Source: Dendrobates tinctorius (lineage: Eukaryota). Taken from it: a stretch of DNA of 64,000 bases. Where the stretch lies: NCBI RefSeq assembly GCF_039654945.1, contig NW_027361738.1, forward strand, positions 9,858,001-9,922,000. The letters are read 5' to 3'. A program made the translations under genes and the position numbers. The notes beneath the pieces were generated by a model. The model saw only the letters and a program-made list of their open reading frames with translations, was not told where the DNA came from and made no database searches. Positions 14,581 through 28,434 of this stretch are shown piece after piece; positions within the stretch are counted from its first letter, which is position 1; every line of letters begins with the position of its first letter.

Positions 14581-15940
14581 ATAGATAGATAGATGATAGA
14601 TAGATAGATAGATAGATAGATAATCATCGGGGAAGTACCAATGTGCAATCACTATTTTTTTCTAATACTTGACGCTGTAATCTCCTCCCTTTTAGTTCAC
14701 AGAGCTGAATCTCACATACATGTTTCTTTTCTGTGTGTAGGTCAGGGAATCAGGAAAAAGAACAATTTGTAGAAATCCTCTCCCCATCCCTCTACAGAAT
14801 GCAAATGAATGAAAGTTCGCCATCTGCTCTCTTTATGCTTCACATAGCAAGGTAAATGCCTCCTGTTTTTATTTAATGCACTAATAATAGCTATGCACTA
14901 TATATATTTTATATATATATTCATTTAACCAATTCTGATAATAGTTTCAACATAACAATAGCACATAGTTTCTTTCTTTCTTTCTCTGTCCCTTTTTCTT
15001 TCTCTCTTTTTTTTTCTTTTCTTTCTCCTATTACCGATCTATGGCAGGGCAGAGAGCACTGACTTGTAAATTGTGGCCACACAGCTACATTTCACTCATT
15101 TTTGTTTCTAGCTGTTATAAACAATACGATTATACTGTCAGCCCTATTAATAATTCATTATCTATAATGCCCAGAGAGAGCATGCACTAATGTCCAGAAC
15201 GTGATCACACAGAGCAGCCATGCATACTGCCTTCTATCAGCTCTCCCTCTCTCCTCTAGCAACATGTGGACTGGAAGGCTCATATTCCTCTTCTTCAAAT
15301 AAAATAAAATAAAATAAAAGGCAAACTGGATGTCTCTGGAAAAAAGGGCACATTAGAGTTCTGTTTTTACCTGATACCAGGATTATTTGCACAGCCAATA
15401 TGCTTAGATCAAATGTAAAGTCAGCTGTTGCCTCCTGATCGCCATGTGAGTTATCAGAGAAGTATATACAGTTCTGCAATGTCTCACACTCTGCCATGGC
15501 TGTTATCTATGCCAGAGGGAGTTTACCCCTGAACATCAGGTTATTTACGGCAGCAATACATGTCATGTGTGAATACATGAAGGCCAGTTGGAAAAAAAAA
15601 GAAGCAGTATTTGCATGTGACTAAACTGGTATCTACTAGTAACACAAAGTGTATATCATTAGAATATTTACAAGCTATCCTCCCATATAGTGATCTTCTT
15701 TATCTATCTCTACATCCTAAACTACACAGCAATGTCTTTACATTGTCGATGTCTGGATACAGGTTAATCACTTGCACATATACAGAGGAGATTCATCTAT
15801 TAGTTGATGGCTGGATCTAGTAACTATACACATCCTACAGACCATGCAGTGCCACAATTCTCTATATGTTCTAGGATTTACAGCACAGACCCCAGGATCT
15901 GACTAACACAACATAATAGAATATCTGTATTACTTGTATT

Positions 15941-15993
15941 ATTAGGATTATACCCAGGATTAGGATTATACCCAGGATTAGGATTATACCCAG
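15941..15993. repeat. 18-bp tandem repeat x3 (attaggattatacccagg)
   Basis: Read directly: two exact units plus a third lacking the final base, about 630 bp upstream of the HoxA4 ATG. Confidence 0.9.
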
Positions 15994-16484
15994 TACTGCA
16001 GCTTCCTCCAGGACAATCCCATTCTGCAGTGGAGTCATTGCTCACCTAAGTGCATTATTTTAGTGAGATGACATCAATATTAGTGATCATAAGTGACACC
16101 CAAACATATTAAGGAGAAGGAGCCCCTTCTAGGACTGATCCACAGCCCATCCTAACACTAGTGCATGTGTTCTCCTCCTAGCCTGGACTATAGCACGACA
16201 TTAGTGGTTACATACAGAGGTTACATACAGGGCAGCTTCCTCCAGGGCAGACTCGCACACAGCAGCAGAGTCAGAGGCGACCATTACTAATGGGAGGACA
16301 CTGCTTGCTCCTGCTATAGGCTGTGGGGTGATCTGACTGTGATTAGTATTGATCCCTGGTGCTGTCCTCTGGATCTGTGGCCGGGATTTTTAGGCTGATG
16401 ATGTTCCAGCTGCAGTGAAGTCTATGAGGGGTGACTTGCAGTGCATTTATCATCCTGGTGCTTCCTTATCCGGGGTGCAGAGCA

Positions 16485-16620
16485 GAGCCCTGATTGGTCC
16501 GGCCAGTCACATGGGTGTGTAACTTTGCACACTTGACAGGGAGTAGGAGGGTTTTGTGCAGAACAGAAAAACGACAACGCGAGAAAAATTAGTATTTTTT
16601 TGTTGCACTTGCACAAATTA
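16485..16620 (+). promoter_or_regulatory. HoxA4 proximal promoter/conserved Hox4 5' leader
   Basis: CTGATTGG (inverted CCAAT), GTCACATGG (E-box-like) and the Hox4-typical leader cagaaaaacgacaacgcgagaaaaattagtattttt...acaaatta-ATG. Confidence 0.7.
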
Positions 16621-17695
16621 ATGGCCATGAGTTCGTTTTTGATAAACTCCAACTACATCGAGCCGAAATTCCCACCGTGCGAAGAATATGCCCAGAGCAA
16701 CTACTTGCACAACCAGTCTCCAGAATACTACGAGCGGCCGAGGGAGCCCGGGTACGAGGCTGCTCCTGAGGCTCTCTACCAGGGTCCGGGCGGCTATGCT
16801 GAAGCCTCCTATGGATACAGCCACCTCTCAGCCAGCCAGGAGCCTGGGGTCACCCAGGAGGGCATCCCCGGCAAAGGGCACCGCCAACCTCAGCAACTTG
16901 TGCAGAGCCACGTCCTCAGGCAGCCGCCACCACCAGCAGCACCGCACTGCGAGCCCATAGGAGGGTCCAGTGACAGCATCCATCCTGAGAAGAGTGCTGC
17001 TGGGCTCAAAGGTAGCAAAGAGCCAGTGGTCTATCCCTGGATGAAGAAAATACACTGCAACACAAGTAAGTGACCACCCCAGCAACGTGTGGTGGGGGTC
17101 AGTGGGGTGGATTCTTGGCCAAGGCTTGGGGGTCACAATCCTTTGTAGTCTGCATGGCTCCACTGGAGTATTTATTGGAGGTAATGACTGATGCCATAAA
17201 TGTCTGGGCCATACGCCTTTAAGGCTCTACTTTAACCCAAGCCCCATCCCAATATATTCCATTGTTTGGGGTATTGTCAGCAGCCTGGGATTTGTTCTTC
17301 TGTTCCTCCTTTATATGAACAATGGTGCGAAGTCATTATTTAATGATTGTGTTCCATTGCTTTTCTCTTCTTTATGCTCAGTTAACCCACATTATACTGG
17401 CGGGGAACCCAAAAGGTCTCGGACTGCCTACACCAGACAGCAAGTATTAGAGCTGGAGAAGGAGTTCCACTTTAACCGATACCTCACCAGACGCCGGAGG
17501 ATAGAGATCGCCCATACTTTATGCCTCTCTGAACGTCAGGTCAAGATCTGGTTCCAGAACAGAAGGATGAAGTGGAAGAAAGACCACAAATTGCCCAACA
17601 CTAAGATGCGCTCTGCCAACCCATCAGCTCCAAGCCAACAGTCCAAAGTACAGGGCCATCAGCACACAGATGGGGCCACCACCCCCTTATTATAA
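16621..17695 (+). CDS. hoxa4: Homeobox protein HoxA4; join(16621..17065,17382..17695), 252 aa (alternative start Met at 16627)
   Basis: Starts [23 protein letters not shown] and has [12 protein letters not shown]. Donor ACAA|gtaagt at 17065 and acceptor ctcag|TT at 17382. Homeodomain [69 protein letters not shown] has the QVKIW and NTKMRS motifs typical of A4. Confidence 0.97.
17168..17212 (+). promoter_or_regulatory. Candidate HB1-like homeodomain-binding element in the HoxA4 intron
   Basis: TTTATTG...TAATGAC...GCCATAAAT cluster about 100 bp into the intron, where Hox4 genes carry the HB1 element. Confidence 0.45.
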
Positions 17696-19152
17696 GGCTT
17701 TAATGGCATTGATCCAATTGCTGGGAATCACTTGGACCAAATGACTATGGAAGGAAAAAAAAAACAAACAATTTCAATTATATTGTTGGATACAAAGTCC
17801 TTGATCCTACCTGGACAATTGTTCATATAAATAAGGAAATGGATGGATACTTTTCTTGTTCTATTTATGTACTTTATTGTATACGTATCAAAAAAACTAA
17901 GGGTGTATATGTGTACATGAATATTTACATATAGTTCAGTGTCTACATAGGTAGAAAAGCTATTTTGTATACAAGACACATAAGTCACAGATGCATTTAT
18001 GGGATATTATGTGATAAAGGTATGGACTGATATATTACACATATACATATAGTTGTGGGTATTTAAGAAAACAAAAAAAAACTCAAACAGTTGTAATGAT
18101 TTATTTAATTGTTTCTTGGAGAACAAATGAGTTGGTTTTGTAAATACTAGATAGGCAAAAGAAAAAGCATTTCTGTAGACACAAGATAACTGTTCTGCCT
18201 GCTTAGCCCTCCCTACCTTTGACATCAATGTATGTTTGACACTTTCCCTGTGTTAGGATTTCTGTAGAAGGCCTTTGATGGTCTGCAAGGCGAGAAAACG
18301 TTGTAGATACAGTGGTGGTACATGTCATGGACTTTGTGCTGTATTATTGTGGTGCTAAACGCCAAGAATATTCTGTCAACATTAAAGATTTCAAAAACAG
18401 ACGTTTCTAAACCTATTTAGTATTGAACCTAGCAATGCTGCATGCTAGAACATATGGGGTATCAGAAGTTACACCATCATCAACCAAAAAGTGACCAGCT
18501 GGTGATGTAGGGGTAAAGAGTTTAATGTTCTATCTCCAGTGAAAATGTATTGCAGGAGACTGTGAATGTGTTTTAGTACTTATATTTGTGTGTGGGGCTA
18601 TATGTGTGTATGTATAGATGTATATTTTCTACGTGTGTGTTTAATGTATGCACAGCATTAAAAAAAATTACTAAGGTCTAAAGAAGCCTGACACTGCAAT
18701 ATTTATGAACCCTATGGAATGCAGCGATTAAATATCTAATAATATTGCTAGTACCCTAAGTAGTTTCTATTAACTCACATGGTGAACCCTCAATATTTCT
18801 GCTTGCTAAAAATCTGATATTATTATTATTAGTGGTGGTGATGGTGGTGGAAGTAGCAGTAGCATTCCATTCTTACTTTTAATATAACACATGTAACAAT
18901 ATAATATAATTTAACTTATAATGGCTTATTTGTACCTTACCAGACTTTCCTAAGGATTACATTTGGAAAAAAAACACAGAAGCCACGCATTTCTAAAGAA
19001 AATGACGCCACCTCTGTTGGATATACCTTTAATGAACCCAAACATATTCCTTATGAGCATTGAGGCCGGGTAGATCCGCAGACACTTCCAGCACATCAAG
19101 GTACCTATACATTAGGATGCTTTATTTAGCAATATATCTTTTGCACTTTTGT

Positions 19153-19206
<54 letters not shown>

Positions 19207-19290
19207 TCCTTATCTTCTATTCTTTTACTCTTCCATTTATTGTTTGTTCTTTGTCCTGTCACATAGTCTGCCCTTTGCTAAGGCAACCAG

Positions 19291-19307
19291 AGTTCATCCA
19301 GAGGACA
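19291..19307 (+). promoter_or_regulatory. DR5 RARE 3' of HoxA4 (paralogue of the Hoxb4/Hoxd4 3' neural RAREs)
   Basis: AGTTCA-tccag-AGGACA, with additional half-sites TGACCC/TGACCT at 19354-19374. Confidence 0.8.
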
Positions 19308-20588
19308 CGGTTTCTGTCTATTGAGGTTTTTTTTTTTTTTTGAAGATGCAAGCTGACCCTCAAACCCTTGACCTTTAGTGTAGAGTTCCATGTAAAACGA
19401 ACCATCTTTTCATGTAAACCTGGCAAATTGTGCGCTTTTAAAAAGAAAAAAAAAAGTAATGTTTAATGTTCATATCAAATATTTGAAGCAAGGGTTGGCC
19501 TCCAGAAGTATGTCAGATAGGTTCCTTGAAGCAATAGGGCTATCTCCACAGATCACTGGTTTGCCTCTGGTGCATCCAGATGCTAATTGATCTGAATTCC
19601 TAAGATTTGACATCTTGCTTTTGAAATGGTTTCTAAAAGATTGGAGTTTAAATGAACGATGTTTTATTTGTATTGTGTTTAGAAATAGGATAGCAGACAG
19701 AGACGAGGGCTGCACATAGCTGTAGGGGAGAGGTATAATGCTCTGCCATTCTGATTGGCTTTTTTGAGCTGAGTGGTTCGCACTGGAGCTCGGGCTTACT
19801 GTGTATTCTATCAATGTGGTAACACATAAGATGGGTGATACAGCAGAACATGTGGAGCCTGGCTCCCTACTGCAACTGAACTGTCCAGGAGGTTGTTATA
19901 TATATTATTTGTGTGTGTACTGCCATGTACTAAATAATGTAATTAATGCATAAGGAAAATATATCAGCCCCCCTCTACTCCTGTGCATCTTTCATTGTAT
20001 TTACCCAGTCTCCATTACCCGATATCATCCTCTTTTTCTCCATCTCTTTCTTTATTCTTCCTCTTATTCCCTTTGTATTTTGTCTCTGCTCCCACTTATC
20101 CTTTATTTCTCATTTCCACTTTCTCTTTAATTAATATTCTATCCTCCATGTTTGATCATACAGGCTTTCTCTTTTCACTCTCACATTTGTCTATCTATGT
20201 ATCTCTATCTATCTACCTATCTAGTCTGCCATAGACAAAAAATGAAAAGGAANNNNNNNNNNNNNNNNNNNNNNNNNNNNNNNNNNNNNNNNNNNNNNNN
20301 NNNNNNNNNNNNNNNNNNNNNNNNNNNNNNNNNNNNNNNNNNNNNNNNNNNNNNNNNNNNNNNNNNNNNNNNNNNNNNNNNNNNNNNNNNNNNNNNNNNN
20401 NNNNTAGCTANNNNNNNNNNNNNNNNNNNNNNNNNNNNNNNNNNNNNNNNNNNNNNNNNNNNNNNNNNNNNNNNNNNNNNNNNNNNNNNNNNNNNNNNNN
20501 NNNNNNNNNNNNNNNNNNNNNNNNNNNNNNNNNNNNNNNNNNNNNNNNNNNNNTAGCTATCTATCTGTCTGTTTTCTGTCTATGTCTG

Positions 20589-20655
<67 letters not shown>

Positions 20656-23600
20656 GGCATTCTGTATATCTAGCTATCTANNNNNNNNNNNNNNNNNNNN
20701 NNNNNNNNNNNNNNNNNNNNNNNNNNNNNNNNNNNNNNNNNNNNNNNNNNNNNNNNNNNNNNNNNNNNNNNNNNNNNNNNNNNNNNNNNNNNNNNNNNNN
20801 NNNNNNNNNNNNNNNNNNNNNNNNNNNNNTTCTCTATCTTAGCTTATTTAACTCCCTTCTTCCACTATTTACCATTTCCACTATTTTCTTCACCCCATAA
20901 CTGAATTGTTTATTTTTTTGTTCTATTCTCAATCCCTCTCCCTCGCTATTCTCAATATCTCCTTCCCTTGTTCTCTCATAACTGATGTGAGCTATATTTT
21001 AATTTTGGGTCCAGGTTATTTTCTGCTTCTTCTTTTTCTCTTTCCTCTCATAGTTTCTTTCCACCCATTTTCAATAAGTTGCAGCCAAATACACAATATG
21101 TCTTCATGTCATTCTAACCTTTTTCTATTTCGCCCTCATTCCCTTCTTTCAGTTTCTCCTATTTCATGGCAGCAACCCATATAGGCAAATCATAATCTGC
21201 CCCGCCCTGCCTATCCACATAGATCTTTTCATAACTGGATCACTTGAACACAAGTGTATAAATATTGCCAGCAAAGCGCCCCACACATACAGTTCAGAAC
21301 CATTGCTCTCACATTACACCTCACATGTAGATTCTCCATACTGGGGATATTTGATATATATTCCCAGCAATCAACAGCAACGCTTCAAATGGCTAAATAA
21401 TCAGTCAACTTCAAGGGAAAGTATACATACTCAAATGAGCTGAGGCTGCTTCCACCTTCTATAAGGAGCTCCAGTGCTGGTGTGTAGTAGCATGGACTCT
21501 GTGATAGCTCATCGGTGAGGTTTGCATTGCTCTTTGTTTTATGTTGAGATTAGATCTTAATTTAAAGCTACATAATTCTGTCAGTAGAACCCATCTTTTG
21601 GTGCTAATGCACAGTTAATGCGATGACAGTTTGGAAGTTGCTATCTTTAGTCTATTTCTTGGACAGGGAAGGGGTTTATGCAATCACTAATTTATAATTT
21701 GCAAGAAATGTTATTGGGATAGGATGGTGCAAATAGAGAGAAGAAAAAAACCAAACAAAACAATCTGTGGCTATCATATATTCTGAAACCACAGGTCCCA
21801 GCATGATTCACCAAACTGTATCTCGCTGAGATGAAACTATAGCATTTCTGTAAGTATGAGGACACTTTCATTTTGTAGGTGTTTTCTGAATTCCACATTG
21901 CTAGATACGATGTTTGTGCATTTTATAGCATTCAGGTGTGGATTTGAGTGGATTGTGCAAGGTGATGACTGTATGGGCAGCATTGACTCCTTAATATTCT
22001 ACCTACTTGGTAAAGCTTTGCTGATAGGAGTATGCAAGTTTGTTCATGTACAACTTTTTTTTTTTTTTGCCATGATGTCTTCGTGTGTGTCCAGTCTGTT
22101 TGCCTGACATGGAAAGAACCGATCATACTTTTGCGCACTTTTTTGCACTGTTCTGGCCTACATAGACGGACATGGTGGTAATGGAAAGCGCTGCTTTGTG
22201 TTCTTTCTTGACGCAAGAAGACATTTGCTCTTATATAGGGAGATCCACTCTGATATCCTCTTTTTTCCACTTTTTTGGAGTTGTGTAAAAAACAATCTGC
22301 TATTTCATGTGTCTGATCTGTCTGCCCTTTCAGTGTTTAGCATAGAATATTGTAAGATCGCCTCAACTTGGGTCACAGTCACATAAGGCTGTGTGCTATG
22401 TATTAGGGTTTTACAGTAGAAGCACTCCACTCCAGCACTGGAGCAGCGACTGACACCATCCATCTCCACGTCTCATTGACCTGAACGTTATATGTATTAA
22501 ATTAAGGCATTAAAATAGGAAAAAAAAGCCATAGGGAGAAAAAATGGAAGTGGTATTTCAATTAAATGGGTTTTGTTGCAATTATAGCTTCGAATCTTCA
22601 TAACTGCACACCTCCAGCTAATTGGGAGCTGTCAATATTAACTCATTCCATGTGCAATCTTGCACTACAGACAGTTGATATGTCCCTATGCTGCGCCAAG
22701 TCACCCACAGCAATGTTGTATGTAATAGTCTGGATGAAGAGGAACATACATACACTTATCTATAAAACATGCAGGTGTGTGTGAGTCTGTGTGCGCCTAT
22801 GTGTGTGAGAGTGTATGTGAGTGTTTGTTAATGTATGTGTGTGAATGTATGTTAATATGTGTATGCTAATGTGTGCAAATGTGTGTGATAGTATGTGGGT
22901 TACTCTATGTATGCATCTTTAGAGAGTGTGTGTGCGTGCTAATGTGTGTGATAGTATGTGGGTGATGCTATGTATGTATCATTAGAGCATGTGAGCATGT
23001 GTGGTATGTGTGTGTGTGGTATGTGTGTGGTGTTTGTGTGTGCGGTGTGTGTCTGTGTGTGTGGTGTATGCATGGTNNNNNNNNNNNNNNNNNNNNNNNN
23101 NNNNNNNNNNNNNNNNNNNNNNNNNNNNNNNNNNNNNNNNNNNNNNNNNNNNNNNNNNNNNNNNNNNNNNNNNNNNNNNNNNNNNNNNNNNNNNNNNNNN
23201 NNNNNNNNNNNNNNNNNNNNNNNNNNNNNNNNNNNNNNNNNNNNNNNNNNNNNNNNNNNNNNNNNNNNNNNNNNNNNNNNNNNNNNNNNNNNNNNNNNNN
23301 NNNNNNNNNNNNNNNNNNNNNNNNNNNNNNNNNNNNNNNNNNNNNNNNNNNNNNNNNNNNNNNNNNNNNNNNNNNNNNNNNNNNNNNNNNNNNNNNNNNN
23401 NNNNNNNNNNNNNNNNNNNNNNNNNNNNNNNNNNNNNNNNNNNNNNNNNNNNNNNNNNNNNNNNNNNNNNNNNNNNNNNNNNNNNNNNNNNNNNNNNNNN
23501 NNNNNNNNNNNNNNNNNNNNNNNNNNNNNNNNNNNNNNNNNNNNNNNNNNNNNNNNNNNNNNNNNNNNNNNNNNNNNNNNNNNNNNNNNNNNNNNNNNNN

Positions 23601-24224
23601 NNNNNNNNNNNNNNNNNNNNNNNNNNNNNNNNNNNNNNNNNNNNNNNNNNNNNNNNNNNNNNNNNNNNNNNNNNNNNNNNNNNNNNNNNNNNNNNNNNNN
23701 NNNNNNNNNNNNNNNNNNNNNNNNNNNNNNNNNNNNNNNNNNNNNNNNNNNNNNNNNNNNNNNNNNNNNNNNNNNNNNNNNNNNNNNNNNNNNNNNNNNN
23801 NNNNNNNNNNNNNNNNNNNNNNNNNNNNNNNNNNNNNNNNNNNNNNNNNNNNNNNNNNATACATAGATCTTTTTTTTTTACAAGTAGAATTTCTGGGAGA
23901 GGAAAGCAGACATTTTTCACAGTAAACCACTCCAAAGATAAAAAATCAGGCTATTAAGATAAGGTCATCTCAGTACAAACATGTATACAGTATACTTATT
24001 TGGTCAAAAAGCATATTGCTGATTATTTGTGTTTGCAACACTGGAGGAAAAGTGAATATATTGTCACATACCAGGACCATTAGTTGTCTTGCTCTGATAT
24101 ACCGCCTCTGATTCTTCTTGGAAAAAGATATATAGTTATATTAACAAAACATGTTTTAGAAGCAGGTTCTAAATATCCAATTCTATCTATCTATCTATCT
24201 ACACCTCAAAAAATGGGGCATCAC

Positions 24225-24310
24225 TCCAAAGTTAGATGATTAGGAAAAAAACACCCTGATTTTAATCAGCCCATTGGAATCTGATTTTTTTTCTATCATC
24301 TGACTTTGGA
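24225..24310. mobile_element. Small degenerate PLE-like inverted remnant next to (TATC)n
   Basis: gcatcactcca motif followed by arms tccaaagttagatgat / atcatctgactttgga. Confidence 0.4.
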
Positions 24311-24422
24311 CCTCTGTCCCCCAGTTTTTGTATGCAAGAGGTTTTGGAGATAACCTTGGAGGCTTTGAATCCATCTCTGCATGGAAAAATGTTGCTTATA
24401 TTTTTCTTTCTTTCTTTCCTTT

Positions 24423-24466
<44 letters not shown>

Positions 24467-25742
24467 TCCTTCCATAGTTTATGTATGATACCGTTTATTC
24501 TTTATTATCCCCATATACATTTTGCTTGTAACAAAAAAATACAACACTCAGTGGCATTTGTCATTGTAATATCGATATAAAATAAATATTTTCACTTTTT
24601 TTTATTAAGCATCTTTGCATGCAGACATATGGAAATTGTGATATTTTAGGAAGCACTGAGCATGTGAAGTGTTAGCAATTCAACAGGACAAAGGGTTCAG
24701 CATGATGATTTATCTGCCATTCTCAAGTTGACATCCAAATAGGAAGTTTCCTGAAGCTGCTCAGTGCAGATGTGTTTTCTCTGTTCTGGGAGATATTACA
24801 TTTGCATGATGTTAGTTTGTTTGGGGCAAAGGTCTGTAGTGAAATCTTAAAGCCATTTACTGCACATTTGACTATTCCATGCAGTGATCATAGTCTTTAT
24901 GATGTCATTGCGCTTTAAGAAACACTTTTTTGCATTTACACTTTTACTATTCAAATGTGGTGTTTTCTTTCCTTAATGATATTTAAAACCAGTAACAAAA
25001 TCTCCTATACACGAAGCAGTAAGTGCCCCCGCTGACATGTTTATTGATTTGCTTTGTTCACACCCACTAATCATGGGCTGTAAATTTAAAGAAACTTAGA
25101 AAGAAGAGATATACTTTTTAACTTATGATAGAATCGCATCAGGATGTAAAGTAAACCTTTTATTTATCAGTATAATATAGTATGACATATGTAGATCTAC
25201 AGCTATATTTTATATATGGCTAAAATTATACTATAGTTTTTTTATCAATAAATTTCAGGTAAATACATGATGCCATTGTTATAACAGGATTATCGTATTC
25301 AATGGTCATAAACCCAAATGGCAACCATAAGGAACAAAGAAAGTTTATTTCTACAATAAAAAAATATGGCAATTTCCAAGTTATTTGAACTTCTAGCCAC
25401 ATAGAGAAAGATGATGATGATGATAGATATTTCTTTCCATATATGACAATATGTACTTATTTGCTTGGAGAGATTCACATATTCACACTTATACCTTTAA
25501 ATGCTACTATAGAATAATATAAAAGTCTGCAGCTTCCCTCTCACGCCTGTAAATCGTCTCCTCTTCCTTCTCCATTCTAGAGAAAGGCCCCATTGTTAGT
25601 GCGGGTGCTCTACCTCGTGCTCAGGAGGCTTGCACGGATTTGCACTTCTGCCTGTAAAGCAAAATATCATAAATCCTACTAAATCCATCGTTTCGGTGGC
25701 AGACTTTATTACCCTCTGCAGGAGCTAAGGTGCCAACCTCTC

Positions 25743-25994
25743 TATATAAATACACAGCGACCAGAACATTACAATGGATGGATAGATTGACACTACCCTC
25801 AGACTTTAATGTTGCAAGCAACTTTATAAACTGGTGCAGGACATTGAAGCCAAGTCTCAATCCAGAAATTCCCCAAAGTAAACCGAAAGAATATGATCCA
25901 CTGTGATTCCATCCTGGAACATTGATTTATCTTCAGCCGATTCCAGTAAACCTGCTTCCATCTTCGATTTCTGGAAGACAGCTAGATATATGAG
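25743..25994 (+). other. Candidate TATA promoter and non-coding first exon of HoxA3
   Basis: TATATAAA at 25743, preceded by TCATAAATC (reverse Pbx-Hox-like site). Donor GAG|GTGAGC at 25994/25995. Confidence 0.45.
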
Positions 25995-26386
25995 GTGAGC
26001 TGGTGTGTATTTCACTGACACTAAAGCCATCTCCAACTCCAAACAGAAAAAAAATATCTCCCCTTTCATGTAACTTCCAATACTAAAAAAGTTTTTTTTT
26101 TTCTTATTTTCACATGATCAGCTCCAGGAAAAGATTGCTACTGATCTTTGTCTCTGCCGAGGTTCTCGACAACTGACCATTTATCCATTAATTTTGTGCC
26201 CCTTTCCTGCCATGAGGCGTTTTTTGTTCTCTGGCCCATTCTATTCAAGATATTCATTAACTAGTTTCAAAATGACACGCCTGAGCCAGAAAATCGGTTA
26301 TATTCGCTCTCATGGGCGCAGTGTGGATTTTGGAGTGTTCCCATGTTATAAATATGACATTCTCTAGGAGTACTAACACATAGATA

Positions 26387-26441
<55 letters not shown>

Positions 26442-26632
26442 ATCTATCAGATATATCTATCCATCTAGCTCTCTCTATCTAGCTATCTATTATGCATCTA
26501 TCTATGTATCTAACTATCTCTATATCTATCTATGTATCATTATCTATCTATCTATCTATTATGTATCTATCTATCTATCTATTATGTATCTATCTATCTA
26601 CTGTATCTATCTATTATGTATCTATCTATCTC

Positions 26633-26693
<61 letters not shown>

Positions 26694-28397
26694 ATATTTC
26701 AGAAGACAGCCAAAGTGAATGACCAAGAGAGTCATTTGCAGAGGTTGACCATAGGGAGTACCCTGCAATTTTGTGGCTACACCTATGCTATAGTAAGCCA
26801 TCATTGGGCAGAAGTGTCTCAAAAGACTCAAGACTTTTCAGAATCATCTCACTATTAGATTCAAGCTCATACATGATAGTATGAACAAAAAAAATTCTTG
26901 AAGGAGAGGCCAGTATTACATTTGTCAGGTAATTAAAGGCCTTTTAGCTTCTACTGTGGGACATGTGTCATGTGTGGGAGTATAGCAGGATCTTCTCAAT
27001 GGGGCTGTAATGGCTCATATGTGCTGAGCTTGGTAATCAGTCAACAAGGCTTCCATTACTGTGGACCCATCTCTTCGCATATTCTCTGTGTAAGTTGACT
27101 ACTTATAGCACCTATTGTAGTAACTTTTGGGTATACAAGCTAACATCTGGTATTTTGAAACCTGCTCACTGTAGTTTGGGAATACTTTAGGCAGGTTGGA
27201 TGGTTTGAGGCTGTTTCTTCTGGGCTTTATGTAATAGTTGATATTGGGAGATACTAGATTCAGCAGGTCTGGTTCCTCCACCATCCCCTATTTGCAATTA
27301 AAGGATTTAATTTGACGCATAACCACGTGAGCATTACAAACCATTTTGTAGCATCAAGAGCCAAGATCCAACAAGGCTTCTGTGATTATGCGACTCCAGT
27401 ATTTCTGCTTATCACCCCCCTGCAAGAGGTCCTCCTTATTGTAATCAGCCCTGATCCCACCATCAAGGATACCCCATTGGAAAACGGATAGGGCTTAAGG
27501 GATGGATCTTATGCTAAGGTATATCCGTTGATTGTTCATGAATGGGGTGAGTTATTGTTGACCAAGGCAAAGGTCAGTAGCAAGGCTTTAGTGGGGAGTG
27601 AGCGATGATTTATCTCCATGTTGTGTGTATTTCCCTCACATATTCAGAAATCTTTAGTAAAATCCTAGTTCTTCATGTATGTAGATATGTGACCGATCAC
27701 GATGCTGCTATGTGATGGCTGGTTTGTCTACTCCTGTTTAATTCTATTCACGTCTGTTGTTCTTTGGGGGAGCTGAGCGGTCAATGATCATCAGATAAAA
27801 AAAATAATGCAATAAAATGCAAAGCTCCTTACATTGTCAGCTGTGATCATAAATATCAGGGTGATGCTGTTTCTGTCATTCCCTGCTTATTCCTGGGTTA
27901 TTTGTGACTGTTGGAGCTTAAGTGACTGTCTTTCGGGGTTTTCATTGGTCACTTAATTTGGAATTAGATCTTTATAAAATTGCATAATGCCACTTCAAAT
28001 CTATACGACTAGCACCCTGGATTGTGATAACCTATCTGGATACTTCACCATGCCTTCTCTAATCTGAGAGGCCGTCTAATATTATCAGCTGGGGACTGGA
28101 GTGCTTATTTTTCATATCCTATAGATATGAGTATTGGCATGTTACAATTTGTACAAAGCAACATATAAATACGTATAGAGAGTGGGGATATTAAGAACAT
28201 GCACTAATGAGTGGCGCTTGAGGAAAGGTCACAGTGTTGAGATTTGATTTATGTTGCTAGTGAATTGGGGCAGAAGAGCTTGATAAGATGACGTCCTAAA
28301 ATGCTTTACAATTATGTCTCACAGCCGGTGGCCGCTCCTACAGAAAAAAATATGTATAATATACAACACAAATATAGAACAAGTCATTTTATCTCTC

Positions 28398-28434
<37 letters not shown>

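Noticed and set aside
20253-20560. Duplicated tagcta islands between N runs
   Set aside because: Probable scaffolding artefact within a TATC microsatellite.
22958-23957. About 300-aa ORFs in five frames
   Set aside because: Artefacts of an N gap and a (GT)n tract.
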